Positions 38,021 to 48,188 of a stretch of 64,000 bases of DNA are shown in pieces. Made by a program: the position numbers and the translations under genes. Positions within the stretch are counted from its first letter, which is position 1; every line of letters starts with the position of its first letter. The notes under the pieces are model-generated. The model saw only the letters and a program-made list of their open reading frames with translations. It was not told where the DNA came from and made no database searches. The stretch lies in sequence record SRR31156797_2197, one strand, 5' to 3'.

Positions 38021-40306
38021 TTACTTATGCTTAACTTTTGCTTTCTCAGTAGCGTCAACTACTGCGATAGCTGCAAGGTTAACGATTTCGTTAACGTCAA
38101 CACCTCTCTGAAGAACGTGTACAGAGCTCTGGAATCCCTGAAGGATAGGACCGATTGCGATACCGCCGCCGAGTCTCCAGAGGAGTTTGTAAGCACTGTT
38201 ACCAGCTTCGAGGTTAGGGAACACAAGAACAGAAGCATCGCCTTTGATCTCAGAGAATGGGAAAGCCTCTTCAGCGATTGGTGGATAGAGGGCTGTATCA
38301 GCCTGCATATCACCATCGATTATGAGGTTAGGGTACTTATCTTTAACGATCTTAACAGCCTCTGTGATCTTTGTTGTGCGTGGGATACGAACAGAACCGA
38401 AGTTAGAGAATGAGATCATACCAACTTTTGGCTCTATTTCGAATTTAGCACATGTATCAGCGGACTGAACTGCGATCTGAGCAAGCTCATCTGCTGTAGG
38501 GTCAATGTTTACAGTTGTGTCAGCGCAAAGCACTATTCTGTCACGGAAAACCATGAAGTGTGCACCGGACGGCTTAGTGTATCCTTCCTGAAGCGGAAGA
38601 AGCTCCATAAGCGGTTTGATAGCATCAGGATAGTTTCTTGCGTATCCGTTAAGGAGACAGTCAGCCTCACCCTCTGCGATCATCATAGCACCGAAGTAGT
38701 CGTGAACACGTACGAGAAGTCTTTTAGCTTCAGCAGCTGTGAGACCTTTTCTCTGGCGGAGTTCAAGCATCTTCTTAGTGTATTTATCAAGCTTGCTAGA
38801 CTGGATAGGGTTAACAATTTCACAGCCCTTAAGGTCGATGTGGTTCTCTTTAGCGATAGCCACGATACGTTCTTTGTTACCAAGGAGTACCGGAGTTGCG
38901 ATACCTTCCTCAACAAGCTTGCTGGAAGCACGGAGAATTTTCTCCTGCTCGCCTTCAGGGAAGACAACTTTTTTCGGCTTCTGCTTAGCAACAGAGATGA
39001 TGTGTCTTGTGAACTCTTTAGCGAATGAAAGACGTGATTCAAGGTAGTCTTTATATTCGTCAAAGTTAGGTATATCTTTCTGAGCTACGCCTGTTTCTAT
39101 AGCTGCTTTAGCGATAGCAGGAGCAACCCATGTGAGAACTCTTGGGTCGAACGGTTTCGGGATGATGTACTCAGGACCGAATTCCATAGTGTCAACGCCG
39201 TATGCTTTACATACTGACTCAGGAACTTCCTGCTTAGCGAGCTCAGCGAGAGCGTAAACAGCGGCAACCTTCATCTCTTCGTTGATAGCCTTAGCTCGAA
39301 CGTCAAGAGCACCACGGAAGATGAATGGGAAACCGAGAACATTGTTTACCTGGTTAGGGTAGTCGGAACGTCCTGTACCCATAATAGCGTCGCCGCGAAC
39401 TTCTGCTACAGCCTCAGGTGTGATCTCAGGGTCAGGGTTAGCCATAGCCATGATGATAGGGTTGCGAGCCATGTTCTTAACCATGTCTTTGCTAACTGCA
39501 TCTTTAACAGAGAGACCGAGGAATACGTCAGCTCCGTTCATAGCTTCTTCAAGGGAACGCTTGTCAGTCTCTATAGCGAACTCTTCTTTATATTTGTTCA
39601 TACCTTCTTTACGACCTGTATAAACAATACCTTTTGTGTCACACATATAGATGTTTTCCTGTTTGTGACCGAGAAGGAGAAGAAGCTTTCCGATTGCGAT
39701 ACCGGCAGCACCAGCACCGTTAATTACAGTAATAACTTCGTCCATCTTTTTATCGATGAGCTCAAGTGCGTTAATGAGAGCAGCGACACATATAATAGCA
39801 GTACCGTGCTGGTCATCATGGAATACAGGGATGTTAAGTTTCTCTTTAAGAGTTTCCTCAACGTAAAAGCAGTCAGGTGCTTTAATATCTTCAAGGTTGA
39901 TACCACCAAAAGTAGGCTCCATGAGCTCACATGCTTTGATGATGTCATCAGGGTTTTGAGTATTAAGTTCGATGTCGAATACGTCAACATCAGCGAATCT
40001 TTTAAAGAGAACGCCTTTACCTTCCATAACTGGTTTACCGGCAGCAGCGCCTATGTTACCAAGTCCGAGAACAGCCGTACCATTAGATACAACAGCAACG
40101 AGGTTCCCTTTAGATGTATAGTCATAAACTAACTCAGGGTTAGCTTCGATCTCTCTACAAGGCTCTGCGACACCCGGGGAGTATGCAAGGGATAGATCCT
40201 TTTGTGTATAGCATGGTTTTATTGGTGTTACTTCGATTTTACCGTGTCTCGGATATTTATGATAATCCAAGGCTTCCTGTTTCGTCGTTTTCTTGTTGTC
40301 AGACAT
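38021..40306 (-). CDS. maeB: NADP-dependent malic enzyme with C-terminal phosphotransacetylase-like domain
   Basis: [40 protein letters not shown] domain ([22 protein letters not shown]). Confidence 0.96.
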   Translation of the reverse strand: MSDNKKTTKQEALDYHKYPRHGKIEVTPIKPCYTQKDLSLAYSPGVAEPCREIEANPELVYDYTSKGNLVAVVSNGTAVLGLGNIGAAAGKPVMEGKGVLFKRFADVDVFDIELNTQNPDDIIKACELMEPTFGGINLEDIKAPDCFYVEETLKEKLNIPVFHDDQHGTAIICVAALINALELIDKKMDEVITVINGAGAAGIAIGKLLLLLGHKQENIYMCDTKGIVYTGRKEGMNKYKEEFAIETDKRSLEEAMNGADVFLGLSVKDAVSKDMVKNMARNPIIMAMANPDPEITPEAVAEVRGDAIMGTGRSDYPNQVNNVLGFPFIFRGALDVRAKAINEEMKVAAVYALAELAKQEVPESVCKAYGVDTMEFGPEYIIPKPFDPRVLTWVAPAIAKAAIETGVAQKDIPNFDEYKDYLESRLSFAKEFTRHIISVAKQKPKKVVFPEGEQEKILRASSKLVEEGIATPVLLGNKERIVAIAKENHIDLKGCEIVNPIQSSKLDKYTKKMLELRQRKGLTAAEAKRLLVRVHDYFGAMMIAEGEADCLLNGYARNYPDAIKPLMELLPLQEGYTKPSGAHFMVFRDRIVLCADTTVNIDPTADELAQIAVQSADTCAKFEIEPKVGMISFSNFGSVRIPRTTKITEAVKIVKDKYPNLIIDGDMQADTALYPPIAEEAFPFSEIKGDASVLVFPNLEAGNSAYKLLWRLGGGIAIGPILQGFQSSVHVLQRGVDVNEIVNLAAIAVVDATEKAKVKHK

Positions 40307-40344
40307 TACTTACCCTCCTGACATTGTATATTTTGCTCACCACA

Positions 40345-40373
40345 ATAATAGATAAACATAAACTATGAGTCAA
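40345..40373 (-). promoter_or_regulatory. Sigma70-type promoter of maeB
   Basis: TTGACT-17 nt-TATTAT on minus strand. Confidence 0.65.
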
Positions 40374-40854
40374 CACGAAAGTTTAAAAATAGAATTATAA
40401 TGAACTTATGTTCGTTAAATTGATATATTTTTTAGTATGAAAACATATAGGTAAAAACTATAATGCTTTTTATCATTTAAAAATATTCGATAATAGTCAA
40501 ATTTGGTTTTTATATTTTAATAGTGTGTATTATAGTTTTTATCAATAGCTTGAAAGCCTGATAAAAAGTGGTTTATGTCGCTATTGATCATATTTAATGT
40601 TTTATATAGGGGTGTATTCTTTATGTTTTTTTAGCCTATTTTTATACTATTTAAAACAATGTTTGTTTGTATTTCATATGACATCTTTATGTGGATTATA
40701 TGACTTAATTAGAAGTTAACAGAGGTCTGAAAATTTCCTGAAATATTTTTTAGACGTGGAAATCTAAGTAGGATTGTCTATTTTAGGAAAATAGTGTATA
40801 AATAAATGACAATAAAAGATAAATCTAAAATCTTATACGTTGGAGCGGTCAATC

Positions 40855-41739
40855 TTGGAAAATGTTCAGCTTGCATCAAATTTTTCAAACTGGATGAAAT
40901 ATGAACTCGGTTTAGCTGATAACACTGTCAAAGCTTATACGCAGGATATTCATAATTATATCGAGTATATCGCAAAACAGCTGACAGACTGCGGTGCGCA
41001 GGATTTGGTTCAGTATATGACTCATCTGCGTAAGTCTGGCGCCAGCATAGAGACAGTTCAGAGGCGTATCTCAGGTATATCACGCTTTTACGATTTCCTT
41101 GTGATGGAGCGTATCCTTAAAACTAACCCTGTGGGATTTATATCAAAACCGTCAAAATGGGATAAACTCCCTGTATTTCTTAATTTTGATGAGGTTGAAA
41201 AACTGATCGATGCTCCTGATATGTCAAATAATTTAGGTTTCCGTGACAGGGTGATATTCGAAACCCTGTACTCTACCGGAATGCGGATAAGTGAGATGGT
41301 GGGGCTAAAGGTTCTTGATGTCGATATGCACCGTGAGATTATGAAAGTTACCGGCAAGGGGAGCAAACAGAGGCTTGTCCCTATGTATGGTAAGCTTGCT
41401 GAAAAGATGAAAGATTATATAAATATACGCCACGATTCTCTTGTGAAAGAGCGGGACGAGGGCTGGCTGTTTCTCAGCAGAAACGGAAAACAGCTCAATA
41501 GAGAGTATGTCTGGATGATGGTGAAGAAATACTGCGAGAGGGCAGGGATAAAGAAAAACGTCTCCCCGCACACTTTAAGGCACTCTTTTGCAACTCACCT
41601 TTTGACAAATGGTGCTGATTTACGCACAATACAGGTGTTTCTCGGGCACTCAGATTTGTCCACTACACAGAGATATACACAGGTGACTGACGATAAGGCA
41701 CGTAATACGCTCCTAAACTGTCACCCGAGGTTTAAATGA
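40855..41739 (+). CDS. xerD: Site-specific tyrosine recombinase XerD
   Basis: GLADNTVKAY..D, LP.FL, LYSTGMRISE, GKGSKQR, SPHTLRHSFATHLL..GADLR.IQ..LGH, TQRY; TTG 40855 follows GGAG. Confidence 0.9.
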   Translation: MENVQLASNFSNWMKYELGLADNTVKAYTQDIHNYIEYIAKQLTDCGAQDLVQYMTHLRKSGASIETVQRRISGISRFYDFLVMERILKTNPVGFISKPSKWDKLPVFLNFDEVEKLIDAPDMSNNLGFRDRVIFETLYSTGMRISEMVGLKVLDVDMHREIMKVTGKGSKQRLVPMYGKLAEKMKDYINIRHDSLVKERDEGWLFLSRNGKQLNREYVWMMVKKYCERAGIKKNVSPHTLRHSFATHLLTNGADLRTIQVFLGHSDLSTTQRYTQVTDDKARNTLLNCHPRFK

Positions 41740-44372
41740 AACGCGTAGCTATTACACATAAAAATCCTGATTTCGACGCTATCGCAAGTGCTTACGCTGC
41801 GTGCTTACTGCACGATCTTGACGGCATTATCACTGCGACATCCTATGAAACCAGCGTGAAAGAATATATTACAGATGAGGATGTCAATCTCCCTATCACC
41901 CACATGAAAGAGAAGGATATAGATGCTGTTGAGAGCCTTGACCTTCTTGTAATTACTGACTGTAAGCTTGCGAGCAGGCTCGAACCACTTGATAAATTTC
42001 TGGAAAAAGCTAAGCAGGTAATTGTTTACGATCATCACCCTGCGCACGGTCAGGATATTAAAGCTGATGAGATGCACGTGGAAGAGGTTGGGGCGTGTAC
42101 CTCCACCATAGTACATAAGCTGAAAGAGAAAGGTATGCGCATTACTAAAGATGATGCAGGAACCTTTATGGCTGGTATATACGAAGATACAGGTATGCTC
42201 ACATTTTCAAGTACCACAGTAAAGGATATGGACGCCGCTTCCTGGCTATTATCTATGGGTGCGGAGCTTCAGGTTATCAGTGATTATGTAAAACGTGAGA
42301 TGAGTAAAGACCACGTCTTTATGCTGAATGAACTGCTTACTAATATGTCAATTCTCCGTATCGGTTCCCTCAGCATAGGCATGTCTAACGCCTCCAGCGA
42401 TCAGTATATAGGTGAGATATCATATCTCGCTCATAAGATAATGGATATGGAGGGGCTTGACGCTCTTTTCATACTTGTGCGCACAGGCGACAGGGTTGTC
42501 ATGATAGGACGAAGCCGTGCTGATGAAGTTAATGCGGCGACTATAGCATATAATTTCGGCGGTGGCGGACACCCTACGGCAGCTAGTGCTGTTATAAAAG
42601 ACATGACCCTGCACGAATCATCGAGCAAGCTGAATCTTATTTTGCATGAAGTAGTTAAGCCTGTTAAGCAGGCTGCTGACATAATGAATTTCCCTGTTAA
42701 GGCACTTAAAAGCGATACAACTTTTTCACAAGCTATCGACCTTTTTATGAAACATAACCTTAACATGATGCCTGTTGTTGATGGCGGTGTTCCTGTTGGG
42801 CTTGTATCCAGAAGGGATATTTTACAGGGGCTTAAGCACGAGCTTAATAATGAGCCGGTTAATTCTATTATGCAGGTGGAGTTCGGTTCTGTTACTCCTG
42901 ATGCGGCTTACTACGCTGTTGAGGAGCTGATGCTAGGTACTAACCAGAAGATGATTATGGTGCAGGAAGATAATCTTATTAAAGGTGTTATCACCCGTAC
43001 AGACCTTTTGAGGCTTATGCACGAAGAGATATCAAAGATGCCTAGGTATAAGGACGGCAGACTTGTTAAAAACGAAATTAAGAGATTTAAAAATATATCA
43101 TCCGGTATAACAAATATTTTGCCTGAGAGGGTTGTAAAGACTCTATATGACATAGGTGAGATGGCTGACGAGGACGGATTTAAGTGCTATATGGTAGGCG
43201 GAGTTGTCCGTGACATACTGCTTAAGAAGAATAACGAAGATATAGATATAGTTGTTGAGGGTAGTGCTCCTACCTTTGCACGTAAATTTGCAAAGAAGCA
43301 CAACGCCAGAGTGGCTGTGCATGCGAAGTTTAAGACCGCTGTTGTTATATACGACGACGGCTTCAGAGTAGATTTCGCTACAAGTCGCACAGAGTATTAT
43401 AACTTTCCGGCGTCAGCACCTACAGTTGAGGGAGCATCAATCCGTAACGATCTTTTCAGAAGGGATTTCTCCATTAACGCCATGGCTGTTAAACTGAATA
43501 AGGCTGAGTTCGGAACTCTGCTCGATTTTTTCGGCGGTCAGAGGGATATATCTGATAAAAAAGTGCGTGTTCTGCATTCGCTGAGTTTTGTAGACGATCC
43601 TTCACGTGCGCTTCGGGCGATACGTTTTGCCACACGTTTTAATTTCGATATCGGACCACATACAGACAGGCTTTTTCGCCATGCGGTCAGCCTGAATCTT
43701 TTCGATAGAGTTATAGGACCGAGGATGTTTCTCGAGCTGAAATACATATTAAGCGAAAAGAACTATCTGAACGCTCTTAATATGATGAAGTCTTACGACA
43801 TGCTCAGATTCTTCTCTAAAAAACTTCAGATGGACAAGCGGAAGAAAGGTTATTTCGAGATGCTTGATAAAATTATCGATTGGTATACGTTCCAGTTCGA
43901 AGATGAGCTTGAGCTTTACAGATCCCGCTTTGTGATACTCTTCTGGGATCTCGACAGGAAAGATATTGATGAGCTTCTTAACCGTTTCCAGCTTGATGAG
44001 GGGCAGACAAAAGAGCTTCTCGACAGCTTTATAGAGACCAAAGATGTTGTGCTTGGTATTTTGAGAAAACATATAGATAAGCCTTCTACTTTCACGCACT
44101 ATCTCGACAGGCTGTGCCTCCCTTGCACTATAGCAGCATCGGTTGTGCTCGGTGATGATTATGAAGCACTGGTGAAGCCGTATTTTACTGACTACAGGTT
44201 TATAAAGCCTGATGTAGACGGTAACGACCTCATGGGAGCTGGTGTGGAACCGAAGAATGCTTACGCTAAGGTGCTCAGAAAACTTAAAGATGAAAAACTT
44301 GACGGCACATGTGTGGGGAAGGAAGAACAGATTAAGCGGGCTTTCGAGCTGGCTAAAAATTATGGTGAATAA
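41736..44372 (+). CDS. tRNA nucleotidyltransferase with N-terminal DHH/DHHA1 and CBS domains
   Basis: HKNPDFDA, DHH, DTG, GGGGH; CBS pair; VGGVVRD..DIDIV, DLFRRDFSINAMA, SFVDDPSR..RAIRF. Confidence 0.92.
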   Translation: MKRVAITHKNPDFDAIASAYAACLLHDLDGIITATSYETSVKEYITDEDVNLPITHMKEKDIDAVESLDLLVITDCKLASRLEPLDKFLEKAKQVIVYDHHPAHGQDIKADEMHVEEVGACTSTIVHKLKEKGMRITKDDAGTFMAGIYEDTGMLTFSSTTVKDMDAASWLLSMGAELQVISDYVKREMSKDHVFMLNELLTNMSILRIGSLSIGMSNASSDQYIGEISYLAHKIMDMEGLDALFILVRTGDRVVMIGRSRADEVNAATIAYNFGGGGHPTAASAVIKDMTLHESSSKLNLILHEVVKPVKQAADIMNFPVKALKSDTTFSQAIDLFMKHNLNMMPVVDGGVPVGLVSRRDILQGLKHELNNEPVNSIMQVEFGSVTPDAAYYAVEELMLGTNQKMIMVQEDNLIKGVITRTDLLRLMHEEISKMPRYKDGRLVKNEIKRFKNISSGITNILPERVVKTLYDIGEMADEDGFKCYMVGGVVRDILLKKNNEDIDIVVEGSAPTFARKFAKKHNARVAVHAKFKTAVVIYDDGFRVDFATSRTEYYNFPASAPTVEGASIRNDLFRRDFSINAMAVKLNKAEFGTLLDFFGGQRDISDKKVRVLHSLSFVDDPSRALRAIRFATRFNFDIGPHTDRLFRHAVSLNLFDRVIGPRMFLELKYILSEKNYLNALNMMKSYDMLRFFSKKLQMDKRKKGYFEMLDKIIDWYTFQFEDELELYRSRFVILFWDLDRKDIDELLNRFQLDEGQTKELLDSFIETKDVVLGILRKHIDKPSTFTHYLDRLCLPCTIAASVVLGDDYEALVKPYFTDYRFIKPDVDGNDLMGAGVEPKNAYAKVLRKLKDEKLDGTCVGKEEQIKRAFELAKNYGE

Positions 44373-45316
44373 TGGCTAAAGAGACTATAGAGTTATCACA
44401 GACAATCATCCCGTCCATACTGGGTAATAAAGACACCCACATCAGGATGGTGAATAGCACATTTAATGTAAAAACGAGCGTCTTCGGCGGTGAGGTTACT
44501 ATTGAGGGCGAGCCGGAAGATGTTCATCAGGCTGTAAAAGCTGTGAAAGATATGGCGAAGGTCGCTTCTGATGCTAACCTTACCACAGACAAGGTGACGG
44601 ATATTCTCAGGATGGCATCGGACAACACTCTTGATGCCTGTAGTGTAATGGCTGACTGCATACAGGTCGGCGGAAGGGTTAAGAAGGTTTATGCTAAATC
44701 TGCTAACCAGAAAGCATACGTCAGCGCTATGCGTAAGAGCGACATGGTTTTTGGTATAGGTCCTGCCGGAACAGGTAAGACATATCTCGCTATGGCTATG
44801 GCTGTGCACTATTTTATGCGAAAGAAATGCAGTAAGATTATACTTACCCGTCCTGCGGTTGAAGCTGGTGAAAATCTCGGTTTTCTTCCGGGTGATATTA
44901 ATGATAAGATTAATCCATACCTCAGACCGCTTTATGATGCGCTTTACGGTATGATGGATTATGCTAAAGTTACAGCTCTTCTTGAGCAGGGTGTGATAGA
45001 GGTTGCGCCGCTCGCTTTTATGCGTGGGCGGACGCTTAACGATGCCTTTATCATCCTTGACGAGGCGCAGAACACCACAGAGGAGCAGATGAAGATGTTC
45101 CTTACACGAATGGGGTTTCAGTCTAAGGTAGTGGTTACAGGTGATGTGACTCAGATAGACCTGCCGACTAGTAAGAATAGCGGGCTTCTTTTGGTGCATA
45201 GGATACTTAAAGATATTAACGGCTTGGAATTTATGCAATTTACAGATAAAGACGTTGTGCGCCACCCTCTGGTACAGAAGATTGTGAAGGCGTACGACAA
45301 ATATTATGAGGAGTAG
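44372..45316 (+). CDS. phoH: PhoH-like ATPase
   Basis: GPAGTGKTYLA, TRPAVEAGE.LGFLPGD, PLAFMRGRTL, DEAQN, VVRHPLV. Confidence 0.95.
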   Translation: MAKETIELSQTIIPSILGNKDTHIRMVNSTFNVKTSVFGGEVTIEGEPEDVHQAVKAVKDMAKVASDANLTTDKVTDILRMASDNTLDACSVMADCIQVGGRVKKVYAKSANQKAYVSAMRKSDMVFGIGPAGTGKTYLAMAMAVHYFMRKKCSKIILTRPAVEAGENLGFLPGDINDKINPYLRPLYDALYGMMDYAKVTALLEQGVIEVAPLAFMRGRTLNDAFIILDEAQNTTEEQMKMFLTRMGFQSKVVVTGDVTQIDLPTSKNSGLLLVHRILKDINGLEFMQFTDKDVVRHPLVQKIVKAYDKYYEE

Positions 45317-45318
45317 AC

Positions 45319-45774
45319 ATGGACATTAACTTACTCATTACAGACGAAAACGATACTTTCGAAGATAGAACATTTTTTGATGATGTTGCAGAGGCAGTTT
45401 TCGAAGCACTCGATGTCAGCTTTGACGAGTGTGAGATTTCACTCCTTCTCACAGACGACGAGCGAATACACGAGCTTAATAACGAATACAGAGATAAAGA
45501 CAAGGCTACGGATGTTTTGTCATTCCCTATGAGTGATAATCCTATGGAAGAGGGCGGTATGCTCGGCGACATAGCGATATCTATAGATACTGCTCAGGAG
45601 CAGGCGGACGAGGCTGCTATTAAGCTTGAGCGAGAGGTAGCTTTCCTTTTCATACACGGAATCCTTCACCTGATGGGATACGACCATGAAAATGACCCAG
45701 ATGAAGAGGAGGAGATGTTCGACCTACAGGAAGATATTCTCCGAAATCTGCTCGAAAATGGCAAAGTACCTTGA
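45319..45774 (+). CDS. ybeY: Endoribonuclease YbeY
   Basis: LN..YR.KDKATDVLSFP, LGDI, HGILHLMGYDH. Confidence 0.96.
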   Translation: MDINLLITDENDTFEDRTFFDDVAEAVFEALDVSFDECEISLLLTDDERIHELNNEYRDKDKATDVLSFPMSDNPMEEGGMLGDIAISIDTAQEQADEAAIKLEREVAFLFIHGILHLMGYDHENDPDEEEEMFDLQEDILRNLLENGKVP

Positions 45775-45902
45775 TTTCGTAAAATCAGTGTGATAAACAC
45801 TTATTTATAGAGGCTTAGCCTCGATTCTTCATATATGGAAGGTAATAAAAATTTAAATGGACTCGGGTAGTTCGTATCATTTTAATCTAAGGAGCGGCTC
45901 TG

Positions 45903-47210
45903 GTGAATGAATCATTAGCCCTTGAGCTGCTGGCAATCGGCGTATGTGTTCTTATGTCCGGAATTTTTTCCGGTAGCGAAACTGCGTTGACATCACTTGG
46001 CGAATTAAAAGTCAGGCATATGCTTGAAGAGGATGAGAAGAAAGCAAGACCTCTTAAGCTCTGGCTTGAGCACCCTAACAAGGTTCTTAACACAATCCTT
46101 ATAGGCAATAACATAGTTAACATTCTCGGTTCTGTACTTGCGACAGATTTCTCTGCGAAGCTATTTGGTAATTCTCATATCGCAGCTGTAACCGGTGTTA
46201 TGACAATGGCTGTTCTCTTCTTCGGCGAGATCACACCGAAAACTTTTGCTAAGCATAATGCGGCGACACTTTCCCCGTATGTTATGCGCTTTCTTAAGGT
46301 TCCTTACTTCTTCTTTTATCCGTTCTCATTCGGTATAAATAAGATGGTTAAAGGTATGATCATATTATCAGGTGGAAAGCTTGATAAGAGCAAAAATAAG
46401 ATCACCGAAGATGAGCTTGAATTTTACATCACTGAGAGCGAGAAAGAGGGCATTATCGAAAACGGCAAGAGCCGTATGCTCCAGAATATTTTTGATATCA
46501 GTGAGATTTATGTAAAAGAAGTTATGGTTCCAAGGACTGATATGGTGGCGATAGACATCACAGACCCTGTTGAAGCATACATAGACAAGATATACGCTTC
46601 TGAGTTTTCACGTATACCTGTTTACGAGGAGACTATCGATAAAATCATCGGTATCCTCTATGTCAAAGACCTTCTGCCGCTTATGAAAAGCAGTGACGGT
46701 GAGCTTGATCTCCGTAAAGTAATCAGAAAGCCTTACTTTATCCCTGAGACAAAGAAGATCGATGCTATGCTTGGCGAGTTTCAAAAAACACGCAATCATA
46801 TGGCTATCGTTATTGACGAATACGGCGGGGTTGACGGAATCGTGACCCTTGAGGACATCCTTGAGGAGATCGTGGGTGAGATATGGGACGAGTATGACAC
46901 AGAAGAGCACGAGGTTACTGAGATAGCTCAGGATACCTATATCGTTGATGTGCGTATGGATATTGACGATTTCTGTGAGAAATTTGATCTGGAAAAAACT
47001 GCTGAGATGGAAGAGTATGAGACTGTTGGCGGTCTTGTTTTTGACATAGCAGAGAAGATTCCGGATGTTGGCGAACAATATAAATACGAAAATTATAAAT
47101 TCAAAATTCTGAATAAGCATGAGAGAAGACTTGATAAGGTAGAGCTTAAAAGGATAGAGAAAGAACCAGTAGCAACTAAGGAGAAATCTACCAAAGATGT
47201 CAAACTTTAA
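45903..47210 (+). CDS. CNNM/HlyC-CorC family transporter (DUF21-CBS-CorC)
   Basis: FSGSETA, TILIGNNIVN, FGEITPK, VMVPRTD, IVIDEYGG..G.VTLEDILEEIVGEI. Confidence 0.92.
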   Translation: MNESLALELLAIGVCVLMSGIFSGSETALTSLGELKVRHMLEEDEKKARPLKLWLEHPNKVLNTILIGNNIVNILGSVLATDFSAKLFGNSHIAAVTGVMTMAVLFFGEITPKTFAKHNAATLSPYVMRFLKVPYFFFYPFSFGINKMVKGMIILSGGKLDKSKNKITEDELEFYITESEKEGIIENGKSRMLQNIFDISEIYVKEVMVPRTDMVAIDITDPVEAYIDKIYASEFSRIPVYEETIDKIIGILYVKDLLPLMKSSDGELDLRKVIRKPYFIPETKKIDAMLGEFQKTRNHMAIVIDEYGGVDGIVTLEDILEEIVGEIWDEYDTEEHEVTEIAQDTYIVDVRMDIDDFCEKFDLEKTAEMEEYETVGGLVFDIAEKIPDVGEQYKYENYKFKILNKHERRLDKVELKRIEKEPVATKEKSTKDVKL

Positions 47211-48084
47211 AACCGGATTTGTGTCCATCATGGGCAGACCCAATGTTGGCAAGTCCACACTTTTGAATGCGCTCATGGGTGAGAAGATCGCTATCACATC
47301 ATCCAAACCGCAAACAACCCGTGCTAATGTTCAGGGTATCCTCACAGGTGAAGATTTTCAGCTTGTGTTTATCGATACGCCCGGATACCACAAAGCGAAA
47401 GACAGTATAAATAAGATGATGGTTCAGCAGGCTAAGGAGTCTCTTGAGGCTGTTGATGTAATATATCTCCTCGTTCAGCCGGATGAGTTTATGGGACCTG
47501 AACTTACAAGTCTTATAAAAGTGCTTGAAAAGACTGACGCTACAAAGATTCTTGTTATAAACAAGGTGGACCACTTTAAGAAAGAGCTTGTTTACGAGAT
47601 GGCAAGCACTATGTTTCCTAAGCTTGAATTCAAGCATGTTCTCCCTGTCTCGGCACTTAAAGGGACTAATGTAGACACTCTTCTTAAACTTACTCTGGAG
47701 GAGATGGAAGAGGGCGAGCAGATTTTCCCAGCGGATGAGATAACAACTCAGCCTGAGAAGCTGCTTGTAGCTGAATTCATCAGGGAGCAGGTCTTCAGGC
47801 AATTATCTGATGAAATCCCATATCAAATACTTGTGGAGACTGAAAAAATAGAAGACAGAAACGACGATTTAATGTATATTGCAGCTTCGATAATCGTTAA
47901 CCGTGATTCCCAGAAGGGGATGGTCATTGGGAAGGGCGGGCAAAGGCTGAAAGAGATCAGCACCGCATCGAGGATCTCACTGGCGAACTTTTTTGGGGTA
48001 AAGATTTATCTTGATCTTTACGTTAAGGTTAAAGCAGGCTGGCAAACAAAAGACGAGTATCTTAAGATGCAGGGGCTTTTCTAA
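47197..48084 (+). CDS. era: GTPase Era
   Basis: GRPNVGKST, PQTTR, DTPG, NKVD, KH domain SQKGMVIGKGG. Confidence 0.96.
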   Translation: MSNFKTGFVSIMGRPNVGKSTLLNALMGEKIAITSSKPQTTRANVQGILTGEDFQLVFIDTPGYHKAKDSINKMMVQQAKESLEAVDVIYLLVQPDEFMGPELTSLIKVLEKTDATKILVINKVDHFKKELVYEMASTMFPKLEFKHVLPVSALKGTNVDTLLKLTLEEMEEGEQIFPADEITTQPEKLLVAEFIREQVFRQLSDEIPYQILVETEKIEDRNDDLMYIAASIIVNRDSQKGMVIGKGGQRLKEISTASRISLANFFGVKIYLDLYVKVKAGWQTKDEYLKMQGLF

Positions 48085-48111
48085 TAACCCCACGTTTAAC
48101 AAAGTTTTGTG

Positions 48112-48140
48112 CTGACATGGCGAGGTCTGTAAGTTAAAAT
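48112..48140 (+). promoter_or_regulatory. Internal promoter for mgtE-recO
   Basis: CTGACA-17 nt-TAAAAT. Confidence 0.5.
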
Positions 48141-48188
48141 ATCCTAACGGACAAATATTACACACAATAACACTATCAGGAGATTTTT

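Noticed and set aside
37955-38413. 152-aa plus-strand ORF with an upstream AGGAG
   Set aside because: Mostly antisense to the conserved maeB 3' end; no recognisable protein features.
40307-40854. oriC or dif site in the AT-rich spacer next to xerD
   Set aside because: Only one imperfect DnaA-box-like 9-mer (TGTGGATTA); the ATAA..TTATGTT stretch has the wrong spacing and right arm for dif.
40855-41739. Tyrosine recombinase as a prophage or island integrase
   Set aside because: XerD size and motifs, overlap with housekeeping genes, and no att repeats or phage genes.
44396-45265. 289-aa antisense ORF (also 46608..47306, 2947..3474 and similar)
   Set aside because: Shadow frames of well-conserved genes caused by codon bias; no motifs.
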